Assembly (NCBI GenBank): GCA_028864975.1
Contig: JAGWLG010000056.1
Span: 1-10,989 of the forward strand
DNA length: 10,989 nt
Direction: 5' to 3'
Source: Thermoplasmata archaeon
GTDB taxonomy: Archaea > Thermoplasmatota > Thermoplasmata > Lutacidiplasmatales > UBA184
This document shows positions 5,110-10,989 of the stretch, in pieces. A program made the translations under genes and the position numbers. The notes below the pieces were generated by a model. That model saw only the letters and a program-made list of their open reading frames with translations. It was not told the origin of the DNA and made no database searches. Within the stretch, counting starts at the first letter, position 1, and every line of letters begins with the position of its first letter.

Positions 5110-6018
5110 TCACGGAAAGGAGGAGATGAGCCAGAGCAGAAGGTCCCCGAACAGCACTCCAATGAGCGCCCCCGCGGCGAGCGCGATCAGGAAGGGAAGC
5201 TGGGGAGTGACCCAGACCTCGTCGATGCCCTTCTCCAAGAGCTCTTTGGCCTGCTGCCGACGGAGCTCCTCGTCCTCCGCCGTCGTCTCCTCGCGCGGGT
5301 GCTGCGGAGGGGGAGGGTCCCGTAGCCACACGAAACGGTGGGGGAGCTCCTTCGTGGGGATCCGGTAGAGATGGAGGGCCCGAGGGAGCCGTGCATCGCC
5401 CCGAGAGAGGTTGTACCCCAGGATGACCAACGGAATCGCGAGCGTGACCACTGCGCCGTCCACGAGCATCGTGAAGGCGAACGGGATGTCCTGGAGGATC
5501 GGGACCTGCAGGGATGGGGGGAGGGTGGCCAGGAGCGGCATCGGACCCAGGGGCAGCAGAAGGCTCGCGGCCATCATGGCCTTCGCATCCGCCCCCCCGT
5601 AGAGCAGGCCGGTCTCGAACAGGATCCGGGCCAGCACCACGCCCACGATGACCGCGTAGAACTCGGCGGGAGGAGCCGGCTGGAGGTCGAAGAAGGCCAC
5701 CGCCGCCGCCCCCAGGACCAGGGCGTAGATCCCCCCTTCGAGGGCCAGCACCAGATGGGGCCGCGACTCCAACCGCGCGTCCCAGGCAACGAAGTGCTGG
5801 AGGACGAAGATCGTGGTCAACACGTAGAGGCCGAGAAGGGCCAGGTTCGTCGTGCCCGAGGAAGCGATGAGCAGACCCCCTCCGACGAGCCCGCCCACGA
5901 GCCAGAGCTCGTCCCGGACCTCCCGTATCTTCCAATCGTAGTACGAGGCGATGCCCAAGACCACCAGAAGCCCTAGCAGTCGCCCCCCCAGGACCCACGG
6001 GAGAGAGGGGAAGGACAT
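5110..6018 (-). CDS. flaK: Archaeal prepilin/prearchaellin peptidase (A24, FlaK/PibD family), 302 aa
   Basis: First catalytic Asp in ASYYDWK, second in GGADAK, multiple TM segments and the C-terminal VWVTPQLPFL...GD motif. Confidence 0.9.
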   Translation of the reverse strand: MSFPSLPWVLGGRLLGLLVVLGIASYYDWKIREVRDELWLVGGLVGGGLLIASSGTTNLALLGLYVLTTIFVLQHFVAWDARLESRPHLVLALEGGIYALVLGAAAVAFFDLQPAPPAEFYAVIVGVVLARILFETGLLYGGADAKAMMAASLLLPLGPMPLLATLPPSLQVPILQDIPFAFTMLVDGAVVTLAIPLVILGYNLSRGDARLPRALHLYRIPTKELPHRFVWLRDPPPPQHPREETTAEDEELRRQQAKELLEKGIDEVWVTPQLPFLIALAAGALIGVLFGDLLLWLISSFP

Positions 6019-6174
6019 GCTTGCCTTACTCTCCTCTCGGGTGGGTGTTCCCAGCGAGCGCCCCTGACCTCGAGCGTCGCGGGGCGAGGAAGGAGGAGGG
6101 GGTTTGAAACCGATGGGAAGGCCTTGTACCCCCTTCCTCCCCCGTATGCAGGCGGACGGACCCGAAGAGCAGCC

Positions 6175-6180
6175 TTTTTA
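6175..6180 (+). promoter_or_regulatory. TATA-like box (TTTTTA) for rps6e
   Basis: Ends 47 nt before ATG 6228, leaving room for a short leader containing AGGAG at 6214-6218. Confidence 0.5.
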
Positions 6181-6227
6181 CGACCTGCCGTTTGGCGGCC
6201 GCGCCTGACACCCAGGAGAACGGCCGA

Positions 6228-6629
6228 ATGGTGGAGTTCAAGCTCTCGATCGCGGACGGGGGGAAGTCCTACGCCAAGACCCTCCAAGACCCCCAGGCCG
6301 CAGGGCTCCTCGGACGGAAACTGGGCGAGGACGTGGGCGGCGAGCCCTTGGGGTTCCCCGGCTACCAGTTCAAGATCACCGGTGGGACCGACAAGAGCGG
6401 CTTCCCGATGCGCGCGGACCTCCCCGGGGCCCGGCAGATGAAGCTCCTGGTGGGCGAAGGCTTGGGATTCCACCCCGAGCGGCACGGGACCCGCGACCGC
6501 CGCACGTTCCGCGGGAACACCGTCAGCGAGGACACAGTGCAGATCAACCTCCGCGTTACCGCCCGAGGACCCTCCAAGCTGGAGGAGCTCGTCGCGGCCA
6601 AGGAAGAGAAGCCCAAGGCCGCGGCCTGA
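6228..6629 (+). CDS. rps6e: 30S ribosomal protein S6e, 133 aa
   Basis: LLGRKLGE, GYQFKITGGTDKSGFPMRAD, RRTFRGNTVS, QIN. ATG 6228 with an upstream AGGAG is preferred to the TTG at 6192. Confidence 0.95.
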   Translation: MVEFKLSIADGGKSYAKTLQDPQAAGLLGRKLGEDVGGEPLGFPGYQFKITGGTDKSGFPMRADLPGARQMKLLVGEGLGFHPERHGTRDRRTFRGNTVSEDTVQINLRVTARGPSKLEELVAAKEEKPKAAA

Positions 6630-6674
6630 GGCTACGCCCTTCGCGGAGAGCCGCGACGGGCGCGCCCCGCATGC

Positions 6675-6680
6675 TTTAAG
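6675..6680 (+). promoter_or_regulatory. TATA-like box (TTTAAG) for eif2g
   Basis: Ends 28 nt before ATG 6709 and is identical to the hexamer before the FKBP gene. Confidence 0.55.
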
Positions 6681-6708
6681 GTCGCAGGTTCTCGAGAGGT
6701 CCCGTTCC

Positions 6709-7932
6709 ATGAAGGTCCCGGCTCAACCCGAGGTGAACATCGGCCTCGTCGGGCACGTGGACCACGGGAAGACCACCCTCACCCACGCCCTCACGGGGGA
6801 CTGGACCGACCGCCACTCCGAGGAGATCAAGCGAGGGATCTCGATCAAGCTCGGCTACGCGGACGCGGCCTTCTACAAGTGCCCGAAGTGCCCCGAGCCT
6901 GACGGGTACACCAACCAGCCGACGTGCCCCAAGTGCGGTTCGGAGGCCAAGTTCCTGCGCGCCGTGAGCTTCGTCGACGCCCCCGGCCACGAGACGCTGA
7001 TGGCCACGATGCTCTCGGGAGCGGCGATCATGAACGGCGCCCTCCTGCTGGTCGCCGCGAACGAGAAGTGTCCTCAACCCCAGACGCGCGAGCACCTGAC
7101 CGCTCTCGAGATCATCGGCGTGAAGCACGTGGTCGTGGTCCAGAACAAGATCGACCTCCTCGAGCGGGAGCAGACGATCGAGAGCCAGAAGGAGATCCGT
7201 GCGATGCTCCAGGGGACCTCCATGGCCGACGCCCCGATCATCCCGATCAGCGCCAACCACAATGTCAACGTCGACGCGCTCATCGAGGCGATCCAGCTCC
7301 ACATCCCCTCGGCCTCGCGCGAGGAGGGGAAGCCGCCGCTGATGTACGTGGCTCGCTCCTTCGACATCAACCGTCCGGGGACCCGACCGAAGGCCCTCAC
7401 CGGCGGTGTCCTGGGCGGCTCGCTCATCCAAGGGAAGATCAAGGTGGGCGAGGAGATCGAGATCCGCCCGGGACCCGCCGGGCAGGACAACGCCCACGTC
7501 GACCGCATCCTCACCAAGGTCACCTCGCTCATGTCTGGAGGTCAAGAGCTCATGGAGCTCCACCCCGGGGGCCTCGCGGCCATCGGAACGATGCTCGACC
7601 CGTCGGTCACGAAGGGCGACGCCCTGACCGGCCGCCTTGTCGGGACCATGGGCAGCCTCCCCCCCGTGACCCAGAAAGTACGGCTCAAGGCGAAGCTCCT
7701 GGACCGCGTCGTGGGCAGCCAGAAGGAGCTCAAAGTCGACCAGATCCGAACGAACGAGGTCCTCACCCTGACTATCGGGACCACGATCGCCCCGGGGAAG
7801 GTTACGAGCGCCCGGGGGAACGACGTCGAGATCGCGCTCACCCGCCCGGTCACCTTCTTCCCCGGGAGCCGGGTCGCCATCTCCCGAAGGATTACGGCCT
7901 GGCGCCTGATCGGCTACGGGATCGTACAATAG
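6709..7932 (+). CDS. eif2g: Translation initiation factor 2 subunit gamma (aIF2-gamma), 407 aa
   Basis: QPEVNIGLVGHVDHGKTT, HSEEIKRGISIKLGYAD, CPKC...CPKC zinc ribbon, SFVDAPGHE, QNKID, WRLIGYG. Confidence 0.98.
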   Translation: MKVPAQPEVNIGLVGHVDHGKTTLTHALTGDWTDRHSEEIKRGISIKLGYADAAFYKCPKCPEPDGYTNQPTCPKCGSEAKFLRAVSFVDAPGHETLMATMLSGAAIMNGALLLVAANEKCPQPQTREHLTALEIIGVKHVVVVQNKIDLLEREQTIESQKEIRAMLQGTSMADAPIIPISANHNVNVDALIEAIQLHIPSASREEGKPPLMYVARSFDINRPGTRPKALTGGVLGGSLIQGKIKVGEEIEIRPGPAGQDNAHVDRILTKVTSLMSGGQELMELHPGGLAAIGTMLDPSVTKGDALTGRLVGTMGSLPPVTQKVRLKAKLLDRVVGSQKELKVDQIRTNEVLTLTIGTTIAPGKVTSARGNDVEIALTRPVTFFPGSRVAISRRITAWRLIGYGIVQ

Positions 7933-7972
7933 GGCGAAGGTCTCAAGGGCAGGTACACGGAGTGGGAGGAAG

Positions 7973-8155
7973 ATGCGGGACGACCTGATGGAGATCCTGT
8001 GCTGCCCGATGTGCAAGGGGGACCTCAAGCTTGAGGTCAAGAAGCGGAACCCCCAGGAGATCCTGGATGGGACGCTCACTTGCAAGAAGTGCGCCACGAC
8101 CTTCCCGATCGAGGACGGGATCCCGAACCTGCTACCGCCGGACGAGCGGGACTGA
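7973..8155 (+). CDS. trm112: Methyltransferase activator Trm112, 60 aa
   Basis: LMEILCCPMCKGDL...GTLTCKKC...FPIEDGIPNLLP, with GGGAGGA directly upstream. Confidence 0.93.
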   Translation: MRDDLMEILCCPMCKGDLKLEVKKRNPQEILDGTLTCKKCATTFPIEDGIPNLLPPDERD

Positions 8156-8200
8156 CCGCCACCGTCCCTCCGTCTCCCCTGTTTCGCGCCTCCCTCCCCC

Positions 8201-8641
8201 CTACGCCGCGTAGTTGTAGGTCCACCAGTAGATCACGACGAAGAGCCCCGCGGCCACGAGGATCGAAGGTACGATCCAGGCCACCTGCCCCCGGGTCCTC
8301 GAGTGGACCGAGAACCCCACCGTGACCACCGGAATGGCGAAGGTGAGCCACAACCCTCCCAGGACCACCTGCGACAGGGCCCAGGCCACGTGGTCGCCTG
8401 TGGGATACTTCCACGCAAGATAGATCACCAACACGACAGAGAAACAGAGGAAGGCGGAGTCGACAAAGACCGCTTCGCGGAACCCCTCGAGGGCCTTGCG
8501 CGAGCGGGTGTTGGCGCGCAGCGCAAGGTACATGGCGACGAAGAGGGCAAGCGTGGCAAGAAGGACGAGGAAGGAGAGCGAGCCGTTGAGGTCGATCGAA
8601 TAGCCGGTCCCTCCCGAGGAACAACTGGTGCACGCCACCAT
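8201..8641 (-). CDS. Hypothetical 4-TM membrane protein, 146 aa, with N-terminal CxxC
   Basis: Four hydrophobic segments. ATG 8641 gives MVACTSCSSGG; an alternative GTG at 8671 adds 10 aa. No family recognised. Confidence 0.7.
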   Translation of the reverse strand: MVACTSCSSGGTGYSIDLNGSLSFLVLLATLALFVAMYLALRANTRSRKALEGFREAVFVDSAFLCFSVVLVIYLAWKYPTGDHVAWALSQVVLGGLWLTFAIPVVTVGFSVHSRTRGQVAWIVPSILVAAGLFVVIYWWTYNYAA

Positions 8642-8725
8642 CCTGCGTGGGATCTCCGACTGACCGACCACTCGGGTTTGCGTAAGACGTACGACGGTGC
8701 CGTCCCATGGCCCAAGCCTCTCGAA

Positions 8726-8738
8726 AAGGGTATCCCTT
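8726..8738. promoter_or_regulatory. Palindrome AAGGG-TAT-CCCTT, possible operator
   Basis: Perfect 5-bp arms 21-33 nt upstream of ATG 8759, in a divergent intergenic region and at the position where other genes here have a TATA box. Confidence 0.3.
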
Positions 8739-8758
8739 CGACCCGTTGGGGCGAGAGG

Positions 8759-9535
8759 ATGTTCGCCCTTTCCGGCCAGTCCGCGGGCTCGCTGCTCACG
8801 GCCGTGCTGATCACGGTCCTCGAGTTGACCGAGGTCGTGGCCATCGTCTACGCCCTAGGGGCGGGGTCGAAGACCATGCGCCCGGGGCTCGCCGGGGCGG
8901 TGGGCGGCGTGGGGTTCGTCGGGGCCATCGCCCTAGGCGTGGGGTACGGGCTCACCCGGGCGAGCCAGGTGAACGAGACCTACACGCTCCTCGCGGGGGC
9001 GCTCATCCTGTGGTTCTTCGCCTTCTTCCTGCTCCGTTCCACGTTCAAGACCTACCTACGGGAGGACCGGAAGAAGAGGGGTGTGGGCGGAGCGGGGCCG
9101 GTCCACCACGACGAAGGGCTCACCCCGAAGGCGCTCTTCGCCACGGCCTTCTCGGTGGGGGCGATCGAGACGCTGGAGGCCGTGGTCGTCCTCATCGGCC
9201 TCGTCGCGGCCCATCAGGTCTGGGAAGCGGTCGTGGGGGCCCTCGTGGGGGGAGCGATCCTGGTGACCCTGGGGGTCCTGCTCCACGAGAGGATCCGAAA
9301 GATGAAGGTCCCACCCCTCAAGTGGATCGCCACGAGCCTCTTGTTCACCTTCGCCATCTTCTGGAGCATGGAGGCGATGGGGGACCTGAAGATCATCTGG
9401 TTCCCCCCCACGATCCACGGTGTCGCCATCGACATCCTTCTGGTCCCGCTGTTCGTCGCGGACCTCCTGGCGGTTCGAGGGGCCATCAACGTCCGACTGA
9501 TGCTCGACCGCCGTGCCCGACGCTCCTCCGGTTGA
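8759..9535 (+). CDS. COG4280-like multi-TM protein (FTR1/OFeT-related putative metal transporter), 258 aa
   Basis: Two homologous halves, each with an intramembrane ExxE (VLELTEVVAIVYALG and AIETLEAVVVLIGL), and a final GVLLFTFAIFW-type helix. The 152 aa upstream in the ORF track is the shadow of the minus-strand gene. Confidence 0.75.
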   Translation: MFALSGQSAGSLLTAVLITVLELTEVVAIVYALGAGSKTMRPGLAGAVGGVGFVGAIALGVGYGLTRASQVNETYTLLAGALILWFFAFFLLRSTFKTYLREDRKKRGVGGAGPVHHDEGLTPKALFATAFSVGAIETLEAVVVLIGLVAAHQVWEAVVGALVGGAILVTLGVLLHERIRKMKVPPLKWIATSLLFTFAIFWSMEAMGDLKIIWFPPTIHGVAIDILLVPLFVADLLAVRGAINVRLMLDRRARRSSG

Positions 9536-9547
9536 GCGGCAACCTCC

Positions 9548-10696
9548 ATGGACGAGCCCTCCGAGACCACGGAGCCCGAGGACGTCGAGTCGCCCCAGGA
9601 GCCCCCTAGGGTCAAAGGACGCGGGAAGGGAACACGGGGCTCTCGACCTGACCGTTCCTCGCACCGCTCATCGGAGCGTCCTCGACCCTCGCGCAGAGGC
9701 CGCAGGTCCCTCTCTCGGCCGGGAGCCTTGCGCGACCTCCTGTCCCGTCCGTGGTTCGAACCCGTGCTGACCGTCCTTGCGATCGTCATCCTGCTGGGGG
9801 GCCTGTTCGCGTACTCAGGGAATTGGCCGCCCCTCGTCGTCGTGGAGTCGAGCAGCATGCAGCACGGGGGCCACGACGTGCTGGGGATCATCAACACCGG
9901 CGACCTGGTCCTCGTGAAGAAAGTGGTTGTGCCTTCGGGGGTCACCACCTACGTTGAGGGCCTCGTATCGGGTTACACGACCTACGGCGAGTACGGGGAC
10001 GTGTTGCTCTATTTTGCCAACGGGAACACGGCCTACACCCCGGTCATCCACCGGGCGATGCTCTGGCTGGACTGGAACCAGACCGCGCAGGAGTTCGCGG
10101 CCCCTTCGCTCGCGCCGCTCTCCGACACCTGCGGGCTCTCCTCCTGGGACAACTACGCGATCATCCCCCCGGGCGCACCCGCCGGAACCTTCGTCTGCGT
10201 CAGCCCTTCGTCTCCCAACACGCCCTTCACGGGGACCCTCGACCTGTTCAACATCGGTTGGCAGCAGGTCAACGTCTCGATCGACCTGACCTATCTCGAG
10301 AAGAGCTCCGGCCACTCGGGCTTCATCACGGAGGGGGACGACAATTGCAATCTCTCGCCGGAGCCCTGTGTCCACGGCGAGACGGGGACCTACGACCAGA
10401 GTGGGTGCATCATCAGTTGCATCGTCGCCCCCGGCTGGGTCGAAGGGGTCGCTCGGGGGATGATCCCCTGGTTCGGGGCCATCAAGCTCTGGTTGTCGGG
10501 GAACGGAAGCGACGTCCCCCCCGAGACAGGGGAGTACCTAGGGCTCACCATCCTGGCGATCCTGGTGCTGCCGACGGTGGTCCCAAGGCTGGTGCACCAT
10601 GTGAGAAATCGCAGGCAACGGCCCGAGAGGCAGGAGCCGGAGCCATCCCCCGAGGATGAGCCAGCAGATGCTTCCGATGGTCCTTCGGAGGAATGA
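9548..10696 (+). CDS. Archaeal signal peptidase I (S26, SEC11-like), 382 aa, with large insertion
   Basis: TM followed by PPLVVVESSSMQH (catalytic Ser), GDLVLVKK, PVIHRA (catalytic His), GFITEGDDN, GVARGMIPWFG and a second TM. Confidence 0.9.
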   Translation: MDEPSETTEPEDVESPQEPPRVKGRGKGTRGSRPDRSSHRSSERPRPSRRGRRSLSRPGALRDLLSRPWFEPVLTVLAIVILLGGLFAYSGNWPPLVVVESSSMQHGGHDVLGIINTGDLVLVKKVVVPSGVTTYVEGLVSGYTTYGEYGDVLLYFANGNTAYTPVIHRAMLWLDWNQTAQEFAAPSLAPLSDTCGLSSWDNYAIIPPGAPAGTFVCVSPSSPNTPFTGTLDLFNIGWQQVNVSIDLTYLEKSSGHSGFITEGDDNCNLSPEPCVHGETGTYDQSGCIISCIVAPGWVEGVARGMIPWFGAIKLWLSGNGSDVPPETGEYLGLTILAILVLPTVVPRLVHHVRNRRQRPERQEPEPSPEDEPADASDGPSEE

Positions 10697-10714
10697 CCGA
10701 ACCGTCGCGCGTGA

Positions 10715-10740
10715 GCCTGTTGTCGCCATCGACGAAAGGC
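10715..10740. terminator. Small hairpin between convergent genes
   Basis: GCCT/AGGC outer arms and TGTCG [CCAT] CGACG inner arms, between the S26 and PIN stop codons. Confidence 0.3.
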
Positions 10741-10748
10741 GCGTGCGC

Positions 10749-10988
10749 CTAGCCCCTGCCCAACACCGCCGACGTGGAGATTAGAGCGATCCCCTTCATC
10801 CATCGGAAGTACTTGTCGTAGGTCCATACCGGGGCATCGCTCGCCAGTGCGAGCGCGACGTATTCCCAGTCGCTCTCATCTCCTGCCGCCTTCGCGACCT
10901 CGCGTGCCCGTGCTTCGTGCAGGCGGAGGGTCTCGAGAGGGACGACCTTCACCCGCGAAGCTAGCTCTCGGAGTACCGCTCGAACGTC
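10749..10988 (-). CDS. PIN-domain protein (VapC-like ribonuclease), C-terminal part; the 5' end lies beyond the window
   Basis: Frame is open to the window edge (DVRAVLRELASRV...). GDESDWEYVALALASDAPVWTYDKYF matches the D-x-x-D-x-x-Y-V-A-L-A...W-T-x-D-K-x-F PIN C-terminal motif. Confidence 0.85.
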   Translation of the reverse strand, partial: DVRAVLRELASRVKVVPLETLRLHEARAREVAKAAGDESDWEYVALALASDAPVWTYDKYFRWMKGIALISTSAVLGRG

Positions 10989-10989
10989 C

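Noticed and set aside
6099-6112. GGTTTGAAACC as a tRNA T-arm
   Set aside because: No acceptor, D or anticodon stems can be built around it; no tRNA, rRNA or CRISPR array was recognised anywhere in the window.
6676-8097. 473-aa minus-strand ORF and the 354-aa alternative plus frame (6924-7988)
   Set aside because: Shadows of eif2g, expected from GC3 bias.

Overview
GC-rich archaeal chromosomal segment. The archaeal call rests on rps6e, aIF2-gamma, a FlaK/PibD-type peptidase, a long-type FKBP and a His-type S26 peptidase. The proteins are not acidic, so a high-GC Thermoplasmatota lineage is more likely than a halophile (inference only). Most of the window is housekeeping: FKBP-type chaperone, two-TM hypothetical protein, a minus-strand cluster (mutase B12-binding subunit, meaB, possible small ORF, membrane-anchored SAM methyltransferase), prepilin peptidase, rps6e, eif2g, trm112, 4-TM hypothetical protein, COG4280-like membrane protein and signal peptidase I. 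A probable transposase C-terminus sits at the left edge and a truncated PIN-domain gene at the right edge. The exception is about 1.2 kb at 3936-5109, which holds a MazF/PemK toxin with a short overlapping candidate antitoxin, flanked on both sides by strongly self-complementary non-coding DNA. The best novelty candidate is the ~180 nt element at 3990-4172. It has a 14-bp closing helix whose mismatches are all G-U pairs on the minus strand, nested helices and an internally duplicated two-part motif, and I cannot assign it to a known RNA family. All structures were paired by eye; no folding or database search was run.
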